NCBI RefSeq assembly: GCF_025526975.1 | Contig: NW_026515674.1 | Span: 558,001 to 622,000, forward strand | Source: Fimicolochytrium jonesii | Lineage: Eukaryota | Reading direction: 5' to 3' | DNA: 64,000 bases | The notes under the pieces: model-generated | Told to the model about the DNA's origin: nothing | Databases searched by the model: none | What the model saw: only the letters and a program-made list of their open reading frames with translations | Translations under genes and position numbers: made by a program | Shown: positions 9,513 to 22,014 of the stretch, one piece after another | Layout of the letters: each line of letters starts with the position of its first letter | Position numbering within the stretch: position 1 is the stretch's first letter

Positions 9513-11684
9513 TCAATCTATCTTCGCTCGTTTGCTATTCTCGGCAGTGTCAATGCCAGCATTGCCCCGTTCAGCTTTGCGTTTCTGGATCCTTCAAGAG
9601 GAAGTGAAAGCGGAGAGTGTAAGTCTTCTATAGGAGAGCACAATCAGACCAGAGAACCGGGAACAGCAAACGTTACAGTTTACATCCACCCCCGCATCGC
9701 TATTTGCCTACCTTAATGCTTCAGGCTCAGCATATGCGACTTCGGATGGCAGCCGGAAACTGATGCAGAGCATTTCTTTATTCGGCGCTACATTCCGCAC
9801 ATTGTGTACTTCGATGAGGTTACTCCCTAGAGATGCGCCGATAACCTTTTCGACACGCTAATGACAAATGTGGCGGGTGAGACCATCATCCTCCCCGGGT
9901 TTCCACATCTGCAATGGGCATACCTTGATGACGTCCGCCGATGGATCCTCCTCTTTCGAGAAACAGTGACAGTGAATAATGGGCAGTTTGTCCTGCGAGA
10001 TGATTTCCCGATTATGGAATAGGCCTCGGAATGCATCTAAAGGTGTAAACACGGAAAAAGAGGGAGTGCGAAGATTGTCAGCTGCGAATAAGCAATGCAG
10101 TTTGAGCTCGTCATACCCAGAAACTCGATCGCTGTTGCGGGCAGGTTCATGACGTAGTGATCGAACCATCTGAACCCAGCTTTTGGTTCCAGTGGTCCGA
10201 GAGAGACGGGAGCTGGAGCTTTTAGATCCTTCTCTTCGATATTCGGACTGCCGTCTAGAGCGACAGTAGCCTTGCTTCCTCGGGGTCTTCTCGAAGGCGG
10301 GATTTTACTTCGCAGGGTATCCCATGGGCCCGATGAGTTCAAGTCGTCCAAAGATTGCCAAACGAAATCGCGTCCATCCATGTTATATGGCTTCACTAGA
10401 TGCTCAACCTGAACAGGCCTTTGGTAAGACCCACATCCAGAAGATGTTGAGATTCGCCGATTCACCTTTACCTTATTTATTTTGATATTCTCGCAGAGGA
10501 ATTCGTAACTTGATGGGTTCAGATCGTTTGCAAACACCACGAGCTTCTTGTTCTTTGCAGCTGGCACGGCATATGGACCTACACCGGCCATTACATCACA
10601 AACGAGCCCGTTTTTCTTGAATTTCTTGACAATACGTTCATGCTCCCCTTGCAAACGTGAGTTCCAATAAACGCGCGAGAAGTCGAACCGGAACTTGCAA
10701 TTACTCTCATTCTGTCGGGTCAGAAACTCGGCATGAGCAACGGTTATCAAATGGTCAAAAGCGAGTGTTCTTACTAGCTCCGCCATTAAGTCGTTCTCCC
10801 CAGCAAGGAGCTCCATCTCAAAAAACCGGAACGTGTTGTCAATGTTGCCGGTCTTGTTCACGATGGTTCGCAAAGACTTGTTTTTCTGAGACACAGACAT
10901 CATAAATGCAGGTTCGAAAGCAGGCCGAGTCGTTGCCATCTCTTACATCCAGTAACACCTCTCCAATGATGCTCTTATACGGCAGGAATTGATCTCTGAG
11001 ATTCAGATGTGCTGGAGTGAGATGAGACGGTCAGCACGTAACGTCGGTAGGGGGGATGCTACACTCAGTAATCACATACCAATATGCCCGACTGCCTCGT
11101 ACGCTCCAGGCACGTCAATGTCATCGGGCAAAATGGACCTGAGCACCTGCTCCGATGTCCAATAGTCGTAGTCCAGATCAAGTCTGTATTGCGTGATTTC
11201 GGCGTTCTCCCGTGTTGCAAACTCCTTGACCGGCGTCGGAAGGCTGTCTACATCACAATACTTCGAGGTCAAAAACGGTCTTCAGCCAGCGAAAGAGCGC
11301 TAGTGCCATCGTCCCGACGGATATGTGCTGTAGTGCTGTACCTTTGGAGACGGCCTTGAGTGGGTTCAAGAGCAGTAAACGCCTTGCCGCCTTCTTCGTT
11401 TCTCCGGCTGCAAGATCAGCCGGATCCTCCACTATGCCCCGAAGGCGAGGGACCTCCAATATGTAACTAGCAGAGTACCGTTGTCGTTGTCTTAAGTCCT
11501 GTTGCCGCTTATACTGTCCGTTCGCTTCCGACAATTGCGCTTACCCTCCCTTTAATTCCTTCATCGCCCTTGCGCATGCAGGCGCAGGTAGCCGGAGCGC
11601 TGTAAGCTCCAGCGTCTGCTTGAACAAGTCCCTGTTCAGCTTTGACAAGCCTTTGTTGGCTGGTGGTGCTAGGGACAGAGACAT
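9513..11684 (-). CDS. TRM5: tRNA (guanine-37-N1)-methyltransferase, multi-exon
   Basis: Motifs YEAVGHI, IVNKTGNIDNTFRFFEMELLAGE, FDFSRVYWNSRLQGEH, DVMAGVGPYAVPA, ANDLNP, HYVMNLPATAIEFL, IHCHCFSK. Confidence 0.93.
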
Positions 11685-12078
11685 AATGGTAGCTTCGACG
11701 AATGAAAAATGGCTTCCAAGTCCAACGAACGCTCAGGAAATCGGCTTCTGGATAGTATTGCCCTGTGGTACAGTTGAGGGACCTTTTGCATAGACCTCGT
11801 AAAACGAATCCCTCAGGCGAGTCATAAGAGTCACTTCTCTCACGCAGTTTACTGTACCTCATGCACGCACCTGTGCACGCACGGAGGACGGGAGGACACT
11901 TTCGCCGAACACTTTCGGCTTGAAAAAGGTTGGACTATAGGTTGGAGCAGGTTGGAGCCTTCCAGAACAGGGACTGGCAGTGTAAGTTTGTTAAAACCCC
12001 ACGCCTTATATAAGGCACTAGTGGACATCGTCAGGATCCTCAGCCTCCGGCAACCCCAACCAGAGCTCGATTCTCGCT

Positions 12079-12867
12079 ATGCTTCTTATCGGCCTCACGG
12101 GCGGGATTGCGACCGGCAAGTCCACTGCCTCGCAGCACCTCACCAACTCCACCCCGCCTATTCCCATCATCGATGCCGACCTCATCGCCCGCCAAGTCAT
12201 CACCCCACACCGCCCAGCGTACTATTCCCTTGTCCGCCACTTCGGCCTACAGATTATAAACCCAGAAACACTAGAAATCGATCGTGCAAAGCTAGGCGCA
12301 ATTGTTTTCTCGGGTGATGATGTAGATGGACGGCAGCGGAAGGTCTTGAATGGAATAACGCATCCGGATATCAGGGCGGAGATGTTGCACTGTGCGCTGA
12401 AGTGCTTTTTAAGGGGAGAGCGGATGTGTGTGTTGGATACACCATTGCTGTTTGAGGCCGGGTTGTGGAAGGTGGTGAACGTAGTGATGGTGGTCTATTG
12501 CTCAGAACAAGCTCAACTCGCACGGCTCACAGCCCGGGACTCGCTCACGCCGACCGATGCCAAATCCCGCATCGCCTCCCAAATGCCTATCGACGAGAAG
12601 CGCCAGCGTGCTGATATCCTGATTGACAATTCCTCCGCAACCCCGGATGACATGCGCGCCCAACTGGACGCCGCTGTCACTAAACTTCGACCGGGGAGGA
12701 TTAAAACGCTTTTGTGGTGGAGTTTGGGTCTGGGACCGGCAGTTCTCCTGTATGCCGCTGTCACCATGTATGTAGCAGGCAAAGGCGTTTGGGCAAGGTG
12801 GAGGGCAAGGAAGCTGATGGCGGAAGTGAGGAGGGTCGATACGGCAGCAGAACACCTGACATCATAG
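12079..12867 (+). CDS. CAB5: Dephospho-CoA kinase (CoaE/Cab5) with C-terminal membrane anchor
   Basis: IGLTGGIATGKST P-loop, IIDADLIAR, LDTPLLFE, RIASQMPI. Single exon. Confidence 0.95.
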   Translation: MLLIGLTGGIATGKSTASQHLTNSTPPIPIIDADLIARQVITPHRPAYYSLVRHFGLQIINPETLEIDRAKLGAIVFSGDDVDGRQRKVLNGITHPDIRAEMLHCALKCFLRGERMCVLDTPLLFEAGLWKVVNVVMVVYCSEQAQLARLTARDSLTPTDAKSRIASQMPIDEKRQRADILIDNSSATPDDMRAQLDAAVTKLRPGRIKTLLWWSLGLGPAVLLYAAVTMYVAGKGVWARWRARKLMAEVRRVDTAAEHLTS

Positions 12868-13170
12868 AGCCATGCGAAGGAAATACGACTAGTCAGGCGA
12901 ATCTTCAAATAATGTAGCATGGTAGTGGACAGCGTGTAGCTAGATATCGTAGCAGCAGCCGAGGGCTTTTTGGGGAAGGCCGGTGTATTTAGAGTAATGT
13001 TTTTCACAAGGTAGTGTAAGTATCAAAAATCGTACAATAATGGTATGCGTTCGAGAACGACATCGGCCCTTGTGGCTTCCACGTCGCGACACACTTGAAG
13101 TTTTGGCCGTCACCTCAGCTTCACCATAACACCAAAACCTTGAAGCAGATCAGCATTACCACAAGGGACA

Positions 13171-14910
13171 ATGTACAACTCGAACGGAACACCAACGCCG
13201 AGCTGGTCGCCACCTCCCATTCAGGCTCCCGTGCCTCAGCACCCGCAGCGGCCAGGGCCAATGTCATTCGGCAACGCGTCAGCCGGGGGATCTTATCCCG
13301 GCTCTCCTAAGCCGCACCAACCCCGAGGAGCTCCCCAGCAGCCGCAATTCAGACAGCAGCCACAGCAGCAGCCATTTCAGCAACAGCAGCAGTCATATGC
13401 GCAACAGCAAGCCTATAGCGCTCCATTTGCTGGAACCTCGAGTGCCACAGCGAGCGCCGCTGGGTTTACCCCGCAGCCTTATCACCGCCCGACACCGCAC
13501 AATCCGTTGCAGCATCAGGCGTCCGGGGGGGATGTCTATGCGTCAGTGCCTACCCCGGCGTCACAAAGCGGGTTTGGCCAAAGTGCTGCAGCACCGTATG
13601 CTGCTGGACCATCGGGTTTCATGAACCCAGGCGCAACGCCAATGCAACAACAGCAACAACAACAGTGGGGAACAAACCTTATCAGTGACTTCCAGAGTAG
13701 TGCGGCAGGGCAATTGGGAATGCAGATTGGTGGAAAGGCGTTTGAGCAAGCGCAACAAAACCTGAACAAGAATGTACGTGGGTCGTTCGAAATCATGCGC
13801 CCGATTGGGATTACTGACTCGATAGATCCGTTGTTGACAGATCAATCGCTGGATAAACATACCACACTTGAAATACTATTTCAACGTCAGCAATTCCTAC
13901 GTTCTCAATAAGATCCGCCTGCTTCTGTTTCCCTTCCGACATCCGCATATGGTGAGATCACATATCTCCCAGGTTTGAAGGAGATGACGGACACCTAATA
14001 TGCGCTTCTATAGTCCTGGGCGCGACTCGTACTAAGGTCGGAGCAAAGTGGCCAGATGGAGGGCTATAAACCACCCCGAGAGGATCTCAACGCTCCTGAT
14101 CTTTACATCCCAGGTGAGAAGTGATTTTTTTCTAACAGTTCATAAGTGGGGGCGGAAGCACTAATCAATCTCGCAACAGTGATGACGTTCGTTACGTATA
14201 TCATTCTGGTTGGAATCAAGCTCGGGTTAGCAGATGCAGCAGCACCCGCAAAGGACAGATCGTGAGTGAGAGATCATGAGACCCATCTTGACATAGGAGA
14301 ACGGAATAACTGATAGGGACGGCGACGCAGATTCACACCAGATGTCTTGGGAATCACTGGAACAACCGCATTAGTGATTGTCTCCACGGAGGTCCTTCTA
14401 CTCAAGCTCGGATTCTACCTGTTGAATGTGACGACGGAAGTCCCATTCCTGGACCTCGTTTCGTATAGTGGATACAAGTTCTTGGGGTGCGCATCCAGTG
14501 TGCATTCAATGGACCATCGTTGAGCCGTTTCTGACTCGACCCCAATATTATAGGGTTATTGTATCCCTGATCGCCGCGATTCTAGCCCCGGCGTCTTGGA
14601 TAACCTTCGCAGTACATGCTTACGGAATGCTCTGTCTAGGTTTTTTTACGGTACGTTTCCTCTGACGTTCTGCGCAGTCCGAGGGACCCATTTCTACTGT
14701 TTGGAAGTTCGCCCGCAACCATGGCTGACATACCTTTACACACCACAGCTAAGATCGCTCAAATACATCATTCTGCCAGAAGGGTTCACGACTGTGGACC
14801 CGTCAGCAAGACAGCGGCGTATTCAGTTCCTGTTTATCGTTGCCGCCGTGCAGATTGTTCTGTCAACCACGTTGGTGTTCTGGGTCGCTCGGGTCAAGCT
14901 CCCCAGCTGA
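13171..14910 (+). CDS. YIF1: Yif1/Hrf1 family ER-Golgi membrane protein, multi-exon
   Basis: Q/P-rich N-terminus, then exons encoding LKYYFNVSNSYVLNKIRLLLFPF, PPREDLNAPDLYIP, DLVSYSGYKF, LRSLKYIILP. Confidence 0.9.
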
Positions 14911-15516
14911 TTGGTGATTCCCCGCCTCATGACATCCCATCACCCCATTCTATGCAAACGGCATCAGATACAATGGCAGATTCGGGAGCTAAGCTGGAGA
15001 TCCTCCTGGTTTTTTTCTTAGCTACCCATCAATTCTTGTACAAAAGCCACGCCAGGGTTTACCTGATGTGATGATCTATGCTTGAATGCCCACAAGACCA
15101 ACGTACTGAAATCAGGGGTTGTTCTTGATTTTCGACTCGATTATACATAGTCGCTTGTTTACACCACCCATCTCCTATTTACACGCGCCCCGCCCCACGT
15201 GCCCACAGCGTGGATTCAGTTTGCCAATGTTTGCGACCACGAACAGTGGCCACTTTTCCGAGGCCTCTTCTAGCCCAGAACCTCTATAAAACAATCAAGC
15301 TGTCGCGGCTAGAGGTTCCGTTGCGAACGCCTTCCAGAATCTGTCGATGTCATCATCACTGAACGTTTCACATCTTTGGCTCGTCCAACACCGTTTATCG
15401 AAGCTCGTAGCGTGGTTGAGGGCCCGTTAGGCGATCACGGAGGCCTGCTTCCCATGAATGGTAACAAGCAGCTCGTCCCCGGAAAAGCTGCGCCCAGTCC
15501 AGCATTGCTGAAACAG

Positions 15517-17103
15517 TCAATACGGCCTCCGAGGATTGTTCAAGGGGTTCGGTCTTGATGCGCGATGTCAACACTGCCCTTTCTATCCAAACATCTCAAT
15601 GCAAACAAAAAAACAGACCTGTACTTGTACGCTAGCATCATCCTTTTCCGATATCTGCGGAAGTGAGGTTGAGGGAATGCGATTTGGCAGGCACACTTTG
15701 CCATGAACGTCTGCCCTTGGCTGTTCGCGCATGGGCCCAGGACTTACACTTCAATATCATCTTCAGCTGCATCGACGTTGTCCCCAAGTTGCTGTCCAAG
15801 ACCTGTCTTTGCTGGCCGTACCAATCCTCTGAAGGAACCATCAGACACACAAACTTCTGCGCCAACGCAAGCCCCTCTGGTATCATTCGATGCATACCCA
15901 TTAATGGGAACGGTCACTCCCGACCCTTGCGCGCCCAATCCTGCCCCTTCGGTCCAACCCTGTTTCTGGAGCAGCCTGTAACCCGAGTTTGATTCATCTA
16001 GTTTGTTTTCGGCGTACTGATCCTTCGTCGAGGTTTTCAGGCCTGCCCGTTTTGCCTGTACTTCCGCTTCGAAGGACCTCAGAACATCTTTCGGAATGAA
16101 GTGAGCCAGATGATGTGCTGCGCCCGAGTCGACGGGTTCCGTGAGTGTCTTTGCGATTCCTATGACATGGATGAGTAGCGGTAACTGATAGCGGAGAGGG
16201 GAGTACCAGATCCCTACCTTCCGTCAATTGCATCTCCATAGCTCGTTTCTTGTGTAATGTTATAAGTTGACCTCGGTTCCCCAGTGCCAGAGAGTCGAAA
16301 TGCCTACCTTGTGTTCAAAGGTGCCTCCGTCGACAATCTCATCCTCAGGGTATACCCATTTCGCACCGGCTTTGATCATTCCCGGCTTGTAAGCGTCGTG
16401 ATATTCTTTGTAATTGGCGTTCCCATCTACTATATGTGTTGGCAAGAACCTTCCTGTTGTGCTCCTGCGGGTTGCGGGGCTGGGGGTCGATGCGTTTGTG
16501 GACGAATTGAGCCCCAGCGGAGCAGAATTATCCCAGCGACTTTTCCGTTTGGTTCCATATGCGCTAGGTTTAGCTTCCATGGCAAGCTTTTCTGCCACAG
16601 CTTTTGCATGTGCTAGGGCATCTGACCCTGCTTGGCCGGCTGCTTTTGATACATGCGCGGCGGTCGCGGGCAGACTGGGAACAGCGGAACAAACGCTTGG
16701 TGGAATATAAGCACACGAGAAAACCATTTCGAGGGAGTAGCTCCTGATAGTCGTACCCAACAGCATATTCTGGTTTACGCACTGTAGTGTAGGTGGCAGA
16801 GCCACCCAGTCCTATGAAAACCCGAGATGTATTCGATACACGCTCCTGCTCGTCCCCATCGTCATCCTCGAAAATTGAAGGCTTCGCAAGCTTTGAAAGC
16901 GCCACTACAGCAGACTTTTTCTTCAGTGGAACGCTTGTCGCCTTTTTCCTGCTGGTCTGCGCTATCAGGGGCGGCGCCGGTGGTTGTTTCTCCTCTTGCT
17001 GGTTCGAGGGCTTCTCTGCGTCTCTTTGCTGCTGCTGAACGAGGAAATTTGCTAAGAACGAGCCGTCGTTTGCAAATTGGTTAGCACTTTCCCCAGTAGA
17101 CAT
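15517..17103 (-). CDS. SUGP1: SUGP1/SF4-like G-patch splicing factor
   Basis: FANDGSFL N-terminal motif, GGTFEHK, G-patch GYRLLQKQGWTEGAGLGAQGSGVTVPI, and C-terminal RPNPLNNPRRPY* characteristic of SUGP1. Confidence 0.85.
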
Positions 17104-17398
17104 GGCGCCGGTATGTTGCCGTTTGTTTGATGAGTGCCTTGCAAGCGTCACTCCAGGAGCTTGTGGAGTTGTGCGAAGGCTCGCCCTGCGCCACACACCT
17201 GCGCCACGCGTCGCAAGTTGCCCTTTGCATTTGCCTATTCCTGATTTGAACCCACAAGGCATTAGCAAAGCTGCAAACGACGACTGAAGTATTCGCAGTA
17301 CTAGTCGCTGCTGGCGCAAAAACGAAGACGCTCTCTCACGGCTACCTGTAGCGTTCTTGTTGCCAGTCCATCAAGCGAATAACCTGAAGCTAGGCAGA

Positions 17399-20300
17399 AT
17401 GGTCAACCGTGGTGGAAGACCGTCCGGAAAGAAAGACTCCGGGAACAAACCACCTGCCAAACGCCAGAAAGGCAACAATGGTGGTGTAGCGAAAGCGAAT
17501 GAGAAGGGCAGTGTCTCTTACATTGGAAGCTCGAGTTCCCACGGCATGGCGGTTGGCAAGCTCAGTTCAAACCGGAAAGCGAAAGCGAAAACTCGGCACG
17601 ACATTTACGAAGCGTCCGACGGCGAAGAGGACGAGAGGAGAATATTTGCCCGGCGGGGAGGGCATGATGTTTCGTTGGACGAGGTGGACAATTATGAATA
17701 CCACGTAGACACGATCAACGAAGAGGATGATGAGGAAATCGAGGAGGACGAGGCTTTCGGAGACAGTGACGAGGAAAAGTATGGAGCTTACTTTGAGGAC
17801 AAGGAAACGTTATCGAGCAAGAAATCAACATCGGTGGGCGTGGCAGACGGTGGAGTCACCATGGAGAGTGATGAGGACGAAGAAGAGGGAGAGGACGAGG
17901 ACGACGATGCAGACTTTATGGATATTTCCGACATGCTCGGCGAATCTCACAAATCGAAACCGAAAGCGAAGACTGACAAAACCTTCTCTGATTTGCTACC
18001 GAGAAAGGACCTCGATTTCGACCAGACGATGGCTGACGAAATGGACGAAGAAGTTGGGACGGACGATGATGATGAGGATGATGACTCCGAAGAGGAAGAC
18101 AATCCCGACCAGCTATCTTCTTATGTCCTGGCCCTCGATGGAAAGCAGAGGAAACGGAAACGGAGGCCAGAAAGGGCCGAAGCCTACGAAGAATCTGAAT
18201 TCAACGTACCGGCCAAAGATAGCAGTAATGGTGATGACACGAGGCAGAAGATCAGGCTAGAAGATCTCATGAGTTCTTTGGACGACCGTACCGGGTTCGC
18301 TGCTCTCAAGAAGCAGCTTGACCAACTTGATAAGGCCAAGGGCAAAACGACGACTGTAGCAGCACCGTTACCAAAGGTGGTACAGGACCGTTATGACCGG
18401 ACAGCGGCATATGACCGGACCAAGAAGGAAGTCACCAAGTGGCAAAATATTGTAAAGGTCAACCGGGAAGCCGATCATCTTGTTTTGCCCACAGATGAGG
18501 CGGCTCCCATGAACATTTCAAGCGGTGCTCTTGTCGGAAAGTTCCAGGTATAATTCGCGTCTCAAAGCCATCCACGACAAACATTTTCTAATAGTCTGAA
18601 CTTTCCGCAGCCTGAAACGAATCTGGAGAATGAAATTCAGAAGCTTCTGAAAGAGTCGGCCCTATCCGAAAGGAATCAGGCTGAATTGGAGGAGCTGCAA
18701 TTGAAAAAGATAACGAAAGAGGAGGTTAGTACGGGCCCGCTCATGTCATGTAGGCATACTTTTCGCTAAGACTCGCCTACCTATACAGCTTGCCGAGCGC
18801 CGAGCAGAACTCTCCAAGATGCGATCACTCCTCTTCTTCAAGGAACAGAAGATGAAGAAAGTCGCCAAAATCAAAAGCAAAGCCTACCGCAAACTGCACA
18901 AGAAGGAGAAGGCAAAAGAAGACCTGTCCATTGAAGAGCTTAAGCGATTGGACCCAGAGTTGGCTCGTCAAGAGATGGAAAAGCGAGAGTCGGCACGGGC
19001 TCAGGAGCGGATGTCGCTGAAGCACAAAAACACCGGCAAGTGGGCGAAACAGATGCTCAATCGCAAGGACGGAGACCCAGAATCCCATAGGGCCGTCATG
19101 GAGCAACTCAACAAGCATGAGGAGCTGAAGCGGAAGATTCAGGGTATCGAGTCTGGGGAATCGGAAGGGGAAGGCTCGGAAGCGGATGACAGCGGGGCTG
19201 AGGGGATGGACTTGGACGAAGATTCCGTCCGCAAGTCTGCTATCTCACAGCTGGACTCGTTAGAGGAGGAGATGGATGATGAGAATCACACGCCAACGCA
19301 GGGTGTCTTTGCGATGAAGTTCATGCAACGTGGGCTTGAGCGCCAGAAGAAGGAAGCTCGAGAAAGTCTCGCAAATACTCGCGACGGCCTTCGAGATGAC
19401 TACCAGTCAAGTGACGAAGAAGCCGCAGCTGGAGGAGAAGCGAGGGAAGAAGTCGGCGGGCAAACAGTGGGTGGCAACGCCGGTCGTCGCACCTTCGATG
19501 CTAAAGCCGCCATCTCGCGGTCTACCAATGTCAAATCGGAGTCCGAGGACGAAGCAGATGGATACAGTGTCCAGGTTGCGAAGCCAATAAGCGTTGGGAA
19601 GTCGATTGTCCAGCAGGCGCCTCTGTTCCCCGTTGAGTCGTTTGAATTGGAGATGGCGAAGGACACCTCCTTCGTTGGAGACGCCAACAAGCGCGACGTA
19701 TCTTCGCTGAAAGGCCCTGAAGTTCAAGCTCCACCTGAAACCAACGGAAAGTCCAAGGACCAGCCGGCGCCGTCGGCACCACCCGTTCCATCCGCACGGA
19801 AGCAACGGTATCACTCCAAGCAGGCCGAGGTAGCACCGGATGTAGAGGACGAAGAAGAAGTCGCACCGTCTAAAGCGTCCCGTAAGCGCGCGCAAACGGA
19901 CGAGTTGCCAGAGGCCAATCCATGGCTCGCAGGAGCGGACAGCGTCAAATCCGTGAAGAAGAGCATTGCGAATGGGGGCACGCTACTGAGAGGTGGAAAG
20001 ACGGAGGTGGCGATTGAGAAACTGTCTCAGCAGAACAAGGCTAGGAGGCGGGCTGAGCTGGACGCTGCGATTGGTGATGTCGAGCTGAATCTCGATGGTG
20101 TGAAGGCATTGGAAGGGGCACTACCAACATATGGGGATGAGGCTGAGGACGCCACGCCTGTGCAGCAACCCAAGCAAAAGTCAAATACGAAAGCAGAAGC
20201 CAAATCGGCGCCAACTCCTGCCCTTCCGGCATACGCCGAGTCCGACTCTGACAGCGATTTCGACACCGGCATGGTTCACACGAGGACAAAGAGCAAACTG

Positions 20301-20883
20301 GTTCAGTTCACCCAGCGCGATCTCATGCAGATGGCGTTTGCCAACGATGATGTCGCAGCAGATTTCGAGGATGAGAAGCAACGGACTATTGATGAAGACC
20401 AGCCGAAAGACGTGGATGTGACGCTGCCTGGATGGGGATCGTGGGGCGGTATCGGGTTGAAGACAAAGACTAAAGTCGTCAAAAAGGCAAAAGCTGGAGA
20501 TGGTGTCAAGGCTGATAAACGACAGGATGCCAAATTGAAGCATGTCATTATCAACGAAAAGAGGCTGAAGAAGGTACGTTCTGTGCACAGCCATCATTGG
20601 GCATCTTGAGGTCTTTGGCTCATTCTGTGTCATAATTGTCATGTAGTCTGTCAAATACACCGTCCCACAAGTCCCCCATGGCTTCGACAGCCGGGAGCAA
20701 TACGAACGCACCATCCGCGCGCCCATCGGCAAAGAATGGAACGCCGCGTCTGCCCACAGCTCTGCTATCAAGCCAAGGATCCAGCCAAAGCTCGGAACCG
20801 TTATTGCGCCATTGAAGTATGTTAGGTCTGGGAAAGGTACCGCTGCAAAGGGGAAAAGTGGTGGCAAGCCGTCTTTGAAGTAG
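17399..20883 (+). CDS. UTP14: U3 snoRNA-associated protein 14, multi-exon
   Basis: Motifs APLPKVVQDRYDRTAAY, KIKSKAYRKLHKK, RAQERMSLKHKNTGKWAK, TLPGWGSWGG, KLKHVIINEK, PIGKEWN. Confidence 0.95.
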
Positions 20884-21208
20884 AGCGCAGAGCAGAGAGG
20901 GTAGTTTTTGCATGTAGAATCCCTACCCGTAATTTTATTGACAGGCAAAGCATTTGTAAATACCTTATTGTCGTACCGCATAACTTAAAATATTCGGGGG
21001 TTTCTTTATCTACGGCTCTTCGTGAGAGCGCATTTGCAAATCTTGATCTCGCTACTCATTCCAGCACTACTCCCTTCAAGGGAACTGCTCGTTGGGATGC
21101 CTTGCGCAGGATGTCAACCGTTGCCGGACGGCCAAGGCAAGCACAAAGCGGGTTTGAGATGTGGGCGCTCTGATATTCATCCCATTCTCCCTCCATATCC
21201 CTGTAGGC

Positions 21209-21358
21209 ATGCTGGCGCTTGCTGATGTTCCACATACCATCTTCATATTTCTCGGATGCGTCGCAATCGGATTGGGCGCCGTGATCTTGATCGTTAGCGT
21301 CTGTCTCAGGCGACGCAAGCAAACCGGACCTGCGACCGGATACGTCAAACTGCGATAA
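21209..21358 (+). CDS. Possible single-pass membrane microprotein or terminal exon
   Basis: MLALADVPHTIFIFLGCVAIGLGAVILIVSVCL-RRRKQ reads as a hydrophobic helix followed by a basic stop-transfer. It is preceded by an acceptor-like CCCTGTAG. Confidence 0.3.
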   Translation: MLALADVPHTIFIFLGCVAIGLGAVILIVSVCLRRRKQTGPATGYVKLR

Positions 21359-22014
21359 TCAAAAAGCCGATCTCAAACAAACAGGCAGATATGCACACTG
21401 TATGTAGAAGCATAGGCATAGAAATAGATGCACTCATACGTCAACGCGGCTTGGACACCGAGACAGCATGGTTACGATGCCCATTATTCTATTCAAGAGC
21501 CAAAGCCAGGGAAAAGAACTTTCGTTCCGTTCACATCAGCTGCAAGCTTTACCTTCTGCCTAGATCTTCTACCTCATCGCAGCCTATAGGCTATTGGTCA
21601 CCTTCGTCACAGCATCCGCCCCCGGCGCCCTTGGCGCAGCAGATTCATCATTCCTCACATTGGCCTGCTCCATCACTTTCCTCATGCCCTTCTTTTGTTC
21701 TTTTGCGCCCGCGTCCTGTCGGTGGGCGGAAGTGGGCATTTCCGATATTTCGACATCTTATGTCAGCATCGGGATTCTGTCAGTCTCGAGTCCTATCAGC
21801 GGCACTTCCACCTCCTTCGCCGATAGACTTAATCTTCTCTGACTCATCTTCCTTTTGGTTTCAGGTGAGATGGGCCCCATGCATGTCTTTAAAAAGAGTT
21901 GCGGTATGGGCACTCTGTTTGCAATGATCCAAAGCGAGGATCTCTTAATCGTTGGGAAACCGTCGTCAACACCGAAGGATATCTTTTCCTGGACAGCGGT
22001 GTGCCTGCCTGGAG

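Noticed and set aside
13330..13670. CAG/CAA-rich repeats
   Set aside because: Ordinary poly-Gln tracts in the YIF1 N-terminus.
21590..21900. Minus-strand charged reading frame with an internal stop (possible gene relic)
   Set aside because: Too short and no recognisable homology.
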